The position numbers were made by a program, and so were the translations under genes. Below, one piece after another: positions 9,393 to 17,921 of a stretch of DNA of 64,000 bases (its first letter is position 1; each line of letters begins with the position of its first letter). This stretch comes from Kofleriaceae bacterium (GTDB lineage Bacteria > Myxococcota_A > Polyangia > Haliangiales > Haliangiaceae). Where the stretch lies: contig CBDCCZ010000023.1 of NCBI GenBank assembly GCA_965215005.1, positions 64,001 through 128,000 on the forward strand. Direction: 5' to 3'. The notes under the pieces were generated by a model. It had not been told where the DNA came from. It ran no database searches and saw only the letters and a program-made list of their open reading frames with translations.

Positions 9393-9883
9393 CCGTGTTT
9401 CTATCGCGATGATTCACAACTCTCTACGGAAAAGGTTGGCAAACCGCAGGCAGCATCCACCGTTGCCGCTACTGGTGCAGAACGTGTTCTAAGCAAACCA
9501 GCATGCGTATCGGCGCAGGTGCCGACGCGGTTTCCCACTATCGTCATAGTTGTTCACGGCGGAAGCCGTGACGCCCGGAACAGCAACATAACGAAGCCAA
9601 GGCACGCGTAACGCCGCCGAACGTTGCCGTCGTGTTCATCTCCGGCGCGCGCGCTTCGGCGACCGTCGACATGGAGTGGTTCACGAGAGGGGGCACTCAA
9701 GCCGGTGGCGCGACGGTTGCGACGCCGCTCAACCCAGCGACAGACCGTGCCACGTTCAAGTTGCCGTACGACCTTCAGGCGCGCTGTTCCGGCTGTTTCG
9801 AGTTGCGATGTTGGCGCCCTTCGGTCGGACTTCTCGCGGCCCGGCGGTTCGCGGTCCGGATGGGAGACGGTCGCGATGAAACC

Positions 9884-9899
9884 TGACATGAGGGTGTCA
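9884..9899. promoter_or_regulatory. Putative WYL-regulator operator upstream of GST
   Basis: TGACA-N6-TGTCA palindrome; the 10-mer AAACCTGACA recurs upstream of the WYL gene (11252-11261). Confidence 0.5.
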
Positions 9900-9972
9900 A
9901 AACGCGATGCGATGGTCGGTCTTGGCGCGACGGTGCGCCATCAAAACCATCAGACTTCAAGGAGAATTCGCG

Positions 9973-10590
9973 ATGAGTCTCACGTTCTATTACGCTCCCA
10001 TGTCCACCGCCTCAACCGTGCACTGGAGCCTCGAGGAGCTCGGCCTGCACTACGAAGCGGTTCGCGTCGACATCCAGAGCGACGCGGACAAAAAGCAGAA
10101 GCTCGGGCCGGTGAACCCAAACCTCAAGGTGCCGGTGTTGGTGCATGACGGGGTCGCTATTTTCGAGTCGGCTGCGATCCAGATCTATTTGGGCGAGACC
10201 TTTGGCGTGGACAAAGCTCTCTTCCCGGCGCCTGGGCCAAAGCGAGGCCAAGCACTCGGATGGCTGGTCTGGGCCAACGTAACGCTTGGCGAGGCGGTGG
10301 GCCGGTGGTTGCGCCACACGGGCGACACCGTCGATGCCGCCCTGCAGAACGCGCGCGCCGGCGAGGAAGCGCGCGGCGAGCTCGATCAGCTCGTGGCATT
10401 GCTCGAGGAGCAGCTCGGTGCCGATTACCTGCTCGGAAGCGGCCCGTCCCTGGTGGACTTCCACCTGGTTTCCTTCTGTCGGTGGATGGGGTACTGCGGC
10501 ATCGACGTCGCCGCATTCCCCAAGGTGCGGGCATGGATCGAGCGCTGCTCGGCGCGGCCCGCGAATCAGAAGCTCATGACGGCGGCTTAA
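9973..10590 (+). CDS. Glutathione S-transferase family protein
   Basis: VNPNLKVPVL, FESAAI, YLLG..PSLVD, FPKVRAWIERCSARP; AGGAG RBS. Confidence 0.93.
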   Translation: MSLTFYYAPMSTASTVHWSLEELGLHYEAVRVDIQSDADKKQKLGPVNPNLKVPVLVHDGVAIFESAAIQIYLGETFGVDKALFPAPGPKRGQALGWLVWANVTLGEAVGRWLRHTGDTVDAALQNARAGEEARGELDQLVALLEEQLGADYLLGSGPSLVDFHLVSFCRWMGYCGIDVAAFPKVRAWIERCSARPANQKLMTAA

Positions 10591-11243
10591 CCGACCGGCT
10601 CGCGGCGCAGAAGCTGGGCGCGCGCGATGCGGTCGAGGCGAAAGTGGCGCCGCTCGCCACTGTCGAGGTCTTCGCCGTCGATGCGCGTCTCGTGTCGCTC
10701 CATGACGATCGTGCAGATGCGAATGCGCCGCTTGGTCTCAACGAAGTTGCCGTCGACATAGACAATGGCGAGCGGCTTCTGCTCGAACCAGGCCTGCTCG
10801 ATGGCTGAACGGACGCCCTCGGCGTAGGGCAACGCCGGCACGCCGAGAAAACTGAGCTCGTCGAGTCGGTTGAGTAGCTCGCGCTGCGCCGAGGTCGAGA
10901 GCGCGGCGCGAACCTTGTCGAGCGCTGTCGACAGGGTTGCCGTGAATGGCACGAGCCGCATCGTAATGGCGTGATTGCCGACGGCGATGAGGAGCGCCGC
11001 CTCACGCGCTGTAAAGTTAACCGGGGGCAGGCTGTAGTGTCGATCGAGGGCATAGCCGCCCCCGCGCCCGCGCTCGGCCGCCACCGGCAGCGCCGCCTCA
11101 CGCAAGGCATCGAGGTCGCGGTAGATCGTGCGAACCGTAACCCCGAAGCGCTCGGCGAGGGCTTCGGCAGTGACTCCGGTGCGCCGACCGCGAAGATACT
11201 CGGTGAGCGCGAAAAGCCGCTGTGTACGTCGCATCGCTTGCAT
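10587..11243 (-). CDS. HTH-WYL transcriptional regulator (YafY-like)
   Basis: TAEALAERFGVTVRTIYRDLDAL, GRGGGY, RHFRLDRI; start may be 11234. Confidence 0.92.
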   Translation of the reverse strand: MQAMRRTQRLFALTEYLRGRRTGVTAEALAERFGVTVRTIYRDLDALREAALPVAAERGRGGGYALDRHYSLPPVNFTAREAALLIAVGNHAITMRLVPFTATLSTALDKVRAALSTSAQRELLNRLDELSFLGVPALPYAEGVRSAIEQAWFEQKPLAIVYVDGNFVETKRRIRICTIVMERHETRIDGEDLDSGERRHFRLDRIARAQLLRREPVG

Positions 11244-11404
11244 GCTGACGCAAACCTGACAGCGCTGCCAGCCCTGCGCGCTCGGATGGCGCCAGAACGC
11301 TTGCGATGCACGGTGAAGCTTCGTAATCAGCTCGCTTCACGGCGCACCATGGGCTGCATGGGTCGCGACAATCGTCGGCATCTCAGTGCTCCCAGAGCGC
11401 TGCA

Positions 11405-11582
11405 ATGCCGAAAGCAGGCAAGTACTTGCGCATCCTGCACCTAGCCGCGTCCACGATGGAGACCGATGTCGAGGCTGCGCTCATGGTGTTGCTCAAGGTC
11501 GACGAGGCGATCAGCAGCGACGCCGTCAAAGCACTCGTTGCGACCGTGACACCGCCATCGGTTCCGCAGATGGCGCCGCTCG
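11405..11582 (+). mobile_element. Probable IS21-family transposase (IstA) C-terminal remnant
   Basis: YLRILHLAASTMETDVEAALMVLL...AVKALV...PPSVP resembles IstA C-termini as I recall them; ends where the pmbA duplicate begins. Confidence 0.5.
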
Positions 11583-11924
11583 GGCGCGAGTGACCTCGGG
11601 ATCGAATACGATCGGCATCTCGCTGGTCGGCACTCTTCGCGAGCCGAGCGTGGCAACCGTGCGCCGCGCCGCCTCTCTGCCCACCGACTCGGGAGCGTCG
11701 AGCGCTTCGAGGATGCGCCCGGTCGTCCACCAGTACCCATTGCGCTTCTTGCCGCCTTCGTCATCGCAGAGCGGCTCCACATATAACGAGCAGTAACTGC
11801 CGCGATACCCAACGACGAAGCCGGCGGTGTTGACGAAGGCGACGCTGCCGAGATTGCGTGAGAACGTGGCGCCTTCGGAGTTGCTGACCCTGGGATCGGA
11901 GGCGAACGCGGCCTTTTCGCCCGC
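11583..11924 (-). pseudogene. Internal pmbA/tldE fragment, direct copy of 15430-15771
   Basis: ~342-bp near-identical match (AGEKAAF...PIVFDPEV) with no start or stop context. Confidence 0.92.
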
Positions 11925-12127
11925 GCTGACGACCTTCAATCGGGCTCGCTGATGACCTTCAGTCGGGCTGATTGTTTGTGCGGACGATCCTCCGGCTTCG
12001 CACCAACGCCACAATAAATCTGTTGGTCGTTCGATCGATAGGCGTGCTGACGACCTTCGGTCGGGCTGTTCCGGGCTGTCTCGGTCTCGGCTGTCTCGCG
12101 CCGCCTGACGATCTTGGGGTCGGGCTG
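11925..12127. repeat. Four degenerate ~23-bp repeats GCTGACGACCTTCRGTCGGGCTG
   Basis: Copies at 11925-11947, 11948-11970, 12046-12068 and ~12104-12127; internal CGACC-ttc-GGTCG hairpin. Confidence 0.7.
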
Positions 12128-12214
12128 TTTGATTCGGGCTATTCGGCTGTTTCGCTTGGTGCGCCGCGGCGCCGCGACCGCCCGAAGGCAGCCGCGGCAC
12201 GCGGAACTTCTAAT

Positions 12215-12373
12215 TCACTTCGTATGGCAAATGAGTCCGTAGGTGTTGCCACTACCTCCGGGGTGGATCCAGCCGCCGACCGCGTCCTGCATTTGCTCCT
12301 GGTCAAGTGGCTGGCTCAGCCATTTGACCGTCTCCCGGTCTAATTTGAGCTTTCGAATTGTTTGCTTCTTCAT
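12215..12373 (-). CDS. Putative RiPP/bacteriocin precursor peptide (double-glycine leader)
   Basis: MKKQTIRKLKLDRETVKWLSQPLDQEQMQDAVGG|WIHPGGSGNTYGLICHTK; AAGGGAG RBS. Confidence 0.7.
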   Translation of the reverse strand: MKKQTIRKLKLDRETVKWLSQPLDQEQMQDAVGGWIHPGGSGNTYGLICHTK

Positions 12374-12634
12374 AACTACTCCCTTGTATGGGCGGATCAG
12401 CGCCCGTGTGTCGTTTTCAGTAGCACGATTGACTGCAGGGAAAGCAGGCAACTAACGAAACAGGTCGGCAGAGGTCGGCAGTCTTCGTTACGGTGTAAGA
12501 GTCCGGCAGCACCCAATAAAATTAACAGACTCCATTATGGCCTCGACGTAGGTTCCGACGAGGACCGCCGCCGCATCCGTCACGAGAATGGCGCGCAAAA
12601 TTTCCGATCAAGTCAGTCTCTATGGTTTATCTGT

Positions 12635-12678
12635 GCTTAACGTCAGCCCGGCAAGCGCTTAACGTCAGCCCGGCAAGC
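12635..12678. repeat. Perfect 22-bp tandem duplication
   Basis: GCTTAACGTCAGCCCGGCAAGC x2. Confidence 0.9.
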
Positions 12679-12695
12679 TGCGCATCGCGACGAAT

Positions 12696-12912
12696 CTCAC
12701 CAAAGAAGACGAGAGCATGACCGCTGCCGAGGCAAGGGCCAGCCAGCGGTGTGGCGTGGGCCCACCGAGTGCGCGGTGGCGGCGGTGCAACTGATGGGCG
12801 GCAGCGGCGAAATGCAGCAGGAGTATCGGGTCTATCTGCTCCTGCGCGATGCCGAGCTGTTGCAAATCGGCGGCGGCACTGATGGAACACGTCAACAACG
12901 CGCTGTCTGCTT
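12696..12912 (+). pseudogene. Degenerate copy of the 3' end of the acyl-CoA dehydrogenase gene (1255-1479)
   Basis: CTCACCAAAGA...GAGCATGACCGCTGCCGAGGCAAG...CTGTTGCAAATCGGCGGCGGCAC...GCTGTCTGCTT aligns with indels. Confidence 0.88.
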
Positions 12913-12954
12913 GGCGAGTGAGACAGTGGCGCGCGTTGACGATACATTGCCCTC

Positions 12955-13467
12955 GTGCTCGGCAACATCTATCGAGAGTTTCGCGAGTTTGCGGTCCGCG
13001 GCAACGTCGTCGACATGGCGGTGGGAATCGTTATTGGTGCCGGCTTGGCGGCCATCGCCAAGTCCATCGTCGATAACCTGCTGATGCCTCCCGTCGGCCT
13101 CGCCACGGGCGGCGTGGACTTTCAGGACCTGTTCATCGTCATTGCCGATGGCAAGCCGGCAGCGCCCTACTCCACGCTCGCGGCTGCGCAAGCCGCGGGC
13201 GCGGTGACCATGAATTATGGGCTCGTCATCAATAGCATCCTAAGCTTCTTCTTGGTGGCGCTGGCGGCGTTCGTCCTGGTGCGCGGCGTGAACCGGCTGC
13301 GCCGGGAACAGAAGGATCCAACCACGCCACCGGTCGAGTCGCACTCACGGACGTGCCCCTTCTGCATCGCCGAGGTGGCCGAGGCGGCGACGCGTTGCGG
13401 GCACTGCACGTCAGAGCTGCCGCCGCGGTCCCAGACGGGTGCTGTGCTAGGCTCCGCCCCGCAATGA
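12955..13467 (+). CDS. mscL: Large-conductance mechanosensitive channel with C-terminal Zn ribbon
   Basis: EFREFAVRGNVVDMAVGIVIG; NYGLVINSILSF; CPFC...RCGHCTS tail. Confidence 0.95.
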   Translation: MLGNIYREFREFAVRGNVVDMAVGIVIGAGLAAIAKSIVDNLLMPPVGLATGGVDFQDLFIVIADGKPAAPYSTLAAAQAAGAVTMNYGLVINSILSFFLVALAAFVLVRGVNRLRREQKDPTTPPVESHSRTCPFCIAEVAEAATRCGHCTSELPPRSQTGAVLGSAPQ

Positions 13468-14300
13468 GCTCCTCTGGTGAATTCGAGCGCGAGCTCGCAG
13501 TGGCCGAGCAATTGGCGCGGGAGGCCGGCGCGCTGATCCTCAAGTATCGCGACGGCGACCTCGAGGTCGAGCGCAAAGCCGGCGATGAGCCGGTGACGGC
13601 CGCCGATCGCGCTTCCTCGGCGCTGATTGTCCGCGACCTCGCTCAAGCCTTCGCCGATGACGTCATCATCTCCGAAGAGAACAAAGACGATCTGCGACGC
13701 CTAGAGGCGCGTCGCACCTGGTACATCGACCCCATCGATGGCACCAAAGACTTCATCCGCGGCGAATCCGGGTTCTCGGTGATGATCGGATTGTGTGTCG
13801 ACCACCAACCCAAAGTGGGCGTGGTGTATCAGCCGATCGGTGACCGGATGTTTTGCGGCTCCGACGCTGGAGCGTTCTTCAACATCGGAAACGCGGCGTC
13901 CGAGCCACTTGTTGTCTCCGAGGTGGATAGCCTCAGCGAAGCACGGCTGGTGGCTTCCAAATCGCATCGCGACGAAACCATCGATAGGGTCAAGAGCGCT
14001 TTGGGAATTCAAGATGAGCTCAACATCGGCTCGGTCGGCCTCAAGCTCTCGCTCATCTCCTTGGCGGAGCGCGACCTCTACGTGAACCCGGCGCCGCATT
14101 GCAAGTCGTGGGATACCGCCGCGCCGCAGGCCATTCTCGAAGCAGCGGGCGGCACGATGACCGATCTCCACGGCAAGCCGCTGCGCTACGACGAGCGCGA
14201 CACGCTGCGCAGTCGCGGCATGGTGGCCTCGAATGGTCGCATTCATGGCGCCGTGATCAACAAGCTGCGGCCGCTGTTTCCCGAGGATCGAACCCGCTAG
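13464..14300 (+). CDS. cysQ: 3'(2'),5'-bisphosphate nucleotidase CysQ / inositol monophosphatase family
   Basis: EPVTAAD, SEE, IDPIDGTKDFI, WDTAAPQAILEAAGG. Confidence 0.88.
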   Translation: MSSSGEFERELAVAEQLAREAGALILKYRDGDLEVERKAGDEPVTAADRASSALIVRDLAQAFADDVIISEENKDDLRRLEARRTWYIDPIDGTKDFIRGESGFSVMIGLCVDHQPKVGVVYQPIGDRMFCGSDAGAFFNIGNAASEPLVVSEVDSLSEARLVASKSHRDETIDRVKSALGIQDELNIGSVGLKLSLISLAERDLYVNPAPHCKSWDTAAPQAILEAAGGTMTDLHGKPLRYDERDTLRSRGMVASNGRIHGAVINKLRPLFPEDRTR

Positions 14301-14312
14301 AGAGGAGCTCGC

Positions 14313-14762
14313 TTGGCTACGCCGTCGGACTTGCGCCCTACCCACCAACTCGTGCTCTACGACGGCGTCTGCGGGCTGTGCAACCGGTTCGTCCAGTTCC
14401 TGCTGCCGCGCGATCGCCACGACCGACTGCGATTTGCATCGTTGCAGAGCAGCGTTGGCCGCGCGCTGCTCACGCGACACGGCCGCGATCCAGAGGCTCT
14501 CGACACTGTCTATTTGGTGGTCGAGCCGACGACAGAGCGCGAACGACTGCTCACCCGAGGCCGCGCGGCATTGGCGATCTTGCGCAGCCTCGGTGGCGGC
14601 TGGCGTGCTCTCGCGCTGTTTCGCATCGTCCCGACGGTGGTGCTCGATGCCCTCTACCGCTTCGTCGCGCGGAATCGCTACCGTTGGTTTGGCAAGCTCG
14701 ACGCGTGCCCGTTAGCAGCGCCCGAACAACGCGGCAAGTTCATCGTCGACGACGCCTCGTGA
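14313..14762 (+). CDS. DCC-family thiol-disulfide oxidoreductase (DUF393)
   Basis: YDGVCGLCN, FASLQS, YRFVARNRYRWFGK...C. Confidence 0.9.
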   Translation: MATPSDLRPTHQLVLYDGVCGLCNRFVQFLLPRDRHDRLRFASLQSSVGRALLTRHGRDPEALDTVYLVVEPTTERERLLTRGRAALAILRSLGGGWRALALFRIVPTVVLDALYRFVARNRYRWFGKLDACPLAAPEQRGKFIVDDAS

Positions 14763-14814
14763 ACGCGTGGCACCCGGCGGCTCAGCCGCCGGATGTGAAC
14801 CTCGACGCGTACGC

Positions 14815-16176
14815 TCAGCTGCCGGCGATGGTCATGCGCGAGACGCGGAACGTCGGCGCAGCCGTGGAGCTGCGAAGCACCAGGTCATCGGCCACGGCGT
14901 CGATGCGGCCGAGCAAGTCGTCGAAGTTGGCCGAGATCGTCACCTCGCTCACGGGATAGCTGAGCTTGCCGTTTTCGATCCAGAAGCCCTGCGCACCACG
15001 CGAGAAATCGCCAGTGACCGGATTGAAGCCAAATCCCATCAGCGACGTGACGTAGAGCCCCTCGCCGGTGTCCGCAAGCAACGCCTCGCGCGTCATCGAG
15101 CCCTTTTCCATGATGAGGTTCGACGTGGTCGGGCTGGGATTGCCGCCGACTCCACGACCCGCGGAGCCGGTGGACTGGCGGCCGAGCTTGCGCGCGCTGT
15201 AGACGTCGCACATGACCGTCTCGAGGATGCCATTGGACACGATGGGATTGCGCCGCGTCGGCAATCCGTCGCCGTCGAACGGCCGCGAACCTGGGCCGCG
15301 CGGAATCAACGGGTCGTCGATGATGGTGACCAAATCAGACGCGATGGAAGTGCCTTCGCGGTCGACGAGATAGCTCGAGCGGCGATAGAACGACGCACCA
15401 TTGGCGACAGAGAAGATCATTCCAACGATGGCACGAGCGACCTCGGGATCGAAGACGATCGGCATCTCGCTGGTCGGCACTTTTCGCGAGCCGAGCGTTG
15501 CAACCGTGCGCCGCGCCGCCTCTCTGCCTACCGACTCGGGATCGTCGAGCGCTTCGAGAAATCGCCCGGCCGTCCACCAGTACCCATTGCGCTTCTTGCC
15601 GCCTTCGTCATCGCAGAGCGGCTCGACATATAACGAGCAGTAACTGCCGCGATACCCACCGACGAAGCCGGCGGTGTTGGCGAATGCGACGCTGCCAAGA
15701 TTGCGTGAGAACGTGGCGCCTTCGGAGTTGCTGACCCTCGGATCGAAAGCGAACGCGGCCTTTTCGCCCGCAATCGCGCGCCGCAGCCCCTCGGCGGCAT
15801 CCAGCGTCTGCACGCGCTCGTCGTAAAGATCAAGCTCGGGAAGCGTAGAAGCCATTTCGCTGGCGTCGGGAAGATGATTGAGCTCGTCGGGCTCCGACAG
15901 CGCCGCGAGCTTGACGCTCTCGCCGATAAACGCCTCGAGAGGCTCAGCGCGCATATCGGAGGTGTAGGTGACGGCGCGCCGCTGGTCCTTGAAGATTCGC
16001 AGACCCAGCGCGCGGCTTCCCGCCTCCTGAACCAGCTCGGGCTCGCCCATACGCACCTTGGCAGTGAGCTCGGTGCCATCACGCAGGAGCACCTCTGCGT
16101 CGTCGGCACCGGCGCGCCTAGCCATCTCGCAGGCACGTTGCGCGAGTCCGCTCAGCTCTTTGACGATGTCGCTCAT
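14815..16176 (-). CDS. pmbA: TldE/PmbA metalloprotease subunit
   Basis: SRPFDGDG, NPVTGDFSRGAQGFWIENG, PVSEVTIS; coupled to tldD. Confidence 0.93.
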   Translation of the reverse strand: MSDIVKELSGLAQRACEMARRAGADDAEVLLRDGTELTAKVRMGEPELVQEAGSRALGLRIFKDQRRAVTYTSDMRAEPLEAFIGESVKLAALSEPDELNHLPDASEMASTLPELDLYDERVQTLDAAEGLRRAIAGEKAAFAFDPRVSNSEGATFSRNLGSVAFANTAGFVGGYRGSYCSLYVEPLCDDEGGKKRNGYWWTAGRFLEALDDPESVGREAARRTVATLGSRKVPTSEMPIVFDPEVARAIVGMIFSVANGASFYRRSSYLVDREGTSIASDLVTIIDDPLIPRGPGSRPFDGDGLPTRRNPIVSNGILETVMCDVYSARKLGRQSTGSAGRGVGGNPSPTTSNLIMEKGSMTREALLADTGEGLYVTSLMGFGFNPVTGDFSRGAQGFWIENGKLSYPVSEVTISANFDDLLGRIDAVADDLVLRSSTAAPTFRVSRMTIAGS

Positions 16177-17624
16177 GCTCGCTCCGTTCCGCCGACGGTG
16201 ATGCTCGAGATCTTTACCGTGGGCGTCCCAACGCCGACCGGCACCGACTGACCATCCTTGCCGCACGTCCAGATGCCGTCGGAAAGCTCATAGTCGGAGC
16301 CGAGCATCGTCACCCTGCGAAGCACCTCAGGACCGTTGCCGATCAAATTGACTCCCTTGAGCGGCGCGGTGAGCTTGCCATTCTCAATCAAGTAGCTCTC
16401 CGTTAGTGAGAAAACAAAATCTCCATTGGAGATGTTCACCTGGCCACCGGAGAACCGCTTGGCGAAGATCCCGCGCTCGACCGAGCGAATGATCTCTTCG
16501 GGGTCATGACTTCCCGGCCGCAAGCTGGTGTTGGTCATGCGCGGCATCGGCATCGAGCGAAATGACTGTCTGCGGCCATTGCCAGAGGCCTTGACGCCGA
16601 AGTGCCGCGACGACAACCGGTCGTGCATATAACCGACCAGCTTGCCGCCTTCGATGAGAACGTTCTCCCGGCCGGGATTGCCTTCATCATCAACGTTGAT
16701 GGAGCCACGCGAGTGCGAGAGAGTCCCATCGTCGACGACCGTGCACAGCTCAGAGGCAACCATCTGCCCGAGCTGATCGCTGTAGTTCGAGGTCTTCTTG
16801 CGATTGAAGTCGGCTTCGAGACCATGCCCCACCGCCTCGTGCAGCAAAATCCCCGAGTCGCCCGCGCCTAACACCACCGGCAGCTCGCCGGCCGGTGCTT
16901 CGCGGGCATCGAGCATGGCAACCGCGATGCGCACCGCTTCGCGTCCGTGCGACTCGGCGTCCCGCTTATCCGCTTCAAAGTACTCGAGACCGTAGCGCCC
17001 GCCGCCGCCGCTAGAGCCGGACTGACGCTTGCCGCCCTCTTCCGCCACAGCACGCACACCAAACCGAATGAGCGGCAGGCGATCGCGCACCAAGCTACCA
17101 TCAGAGGTAACCACGAGCGTCTCGCGCAGCTGCTCGCCAAACGAGGCTTCTACCTTGACCACCCGTGAGTCGGCGGCGCGGGCGGCGCGATCGGCGGCGC
17201 GCAGCAACGCAAGCTTCTGCTCGGGCGGCACCGCGATGGATACGTTGCCCACCGGATAGAAGTCCGGCACTCGAATCGGGTGAATCTCGACCGGCTGCAC
17301 CGAGCCGCCGCCGAGCGCGATCTGCCCCGCCGTGCGCGCGGCGTGGGCCATGCGATCGAAGGCCAGATCTTCGGCGTAGGCATAGCCAGTGGCATCGCCT
17401 TTGATGACGCGGACACCGAGGCCCATGGTGATGCCGCGGCCGACGGTCTTGATCTGTTCCTCTTCCAAGACGTAGTCGGCGCTGATGCGATATTCGAAGA
17501 ACAGGTCGGCGTAGTCGCCGCCGCGCTCGAGGGCGATCGAGAGCAAACGCTGCGCGATCGCAGCGTCCACTTCGGTTTCGCCTCCTGGCGCAAACGGCGC
17601 CAGATGGTCTGCGTTCGGGTTCAT
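16173..17624 (-). CDS. tldD: TldD metalloprotease
   Basis: LLHEAVGHGLEAD, GNGRRQS..PMPRMTNT, CGKDGQSVPVGVGTP. Confidence 0.95.
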   Translation of the reverse strand: MNPNADHLAPFAPGGETEVDAAIAQRLLSIALERGGDYADLFFEYRISADYVLEEEQIKTVGRGITMGLGVRVIKGDATGYAYAEDLAFDRMAHAARTAGQIALGGGSVQPVEIHPIRVPDFYPVGNVSIAVPPEQKLALLRAADRAARAADSRVVKVEASFGEQLRETLVVTSDGSLVRDRLPLIRFGVRAVAEEGGKRQSGSSGGGGRYGLEYFEADKRDAESHGREAVRIAVAMLDAREAPAGELPVVLGAGDSGILLHEAVGHGLEADFNRKKTSNYSDQLGQMVASELCTVVDDGTLSHSRGSINVDDEGNPGRENVLIEGGKLVGYMHDRLSSRHFGVKASGNGRRQSFRSMPMPRMTNTSLRPGSHDPEEIIRSVERGIFAKRFSGGQVNISNGDFVFSLTESYLIENGKLTAPLKGVNLIGNGPEVLRRVTMLGSDYELSDGIWTCGKDGQSVPVGVGTPTVKISSITVGGTERA

Positions 17625-17921
17625 TGGGTTACCGTACCTTCCCCTATCAGAACGTCCACCGACGCGGCGCCGAACGTGCAAAGACGTTGGCGAACGGATC
17701 GGTGCAAGCGATGCGCACCGCGATGGTGACGAGTACCGAGAGCCGACGTCATGCTACTCGCTGCTGCTGACGTCCAGCTCACGGATTCGCGTGCAGTGGC
17801 CACGAGCCCACCACGGTACACCGCCGCGCCAAGCCGGTCGAGGCGCTGAATGCCTGCGCGACTCGATGCGGGCCCCACGGCCGAGGTGCACGCGAGAGGT
17901 GCGACGCTGTGTGCGCCGCGC

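Noticed and set aside
9554..9889. Short ORFs between the Ubl operon and GST
   Set aside because: No RBS or recognisable motif; likely intergenic or decayed sequence
11925..12127. Mini-CRISPR interpretation of the 23-bp repeats
   Set aside because: Spacing is irregular (0, 75, ~35 bp), repeats are degenerate and no cas genes are present
14815..17624. TldD/PmbA as the dedicated protease for the nearby peptide precursor
   Set aside because: They are widespread housekeeping genes, and the GG leader suggests C39-type cleavage; proximity alone is insufficient
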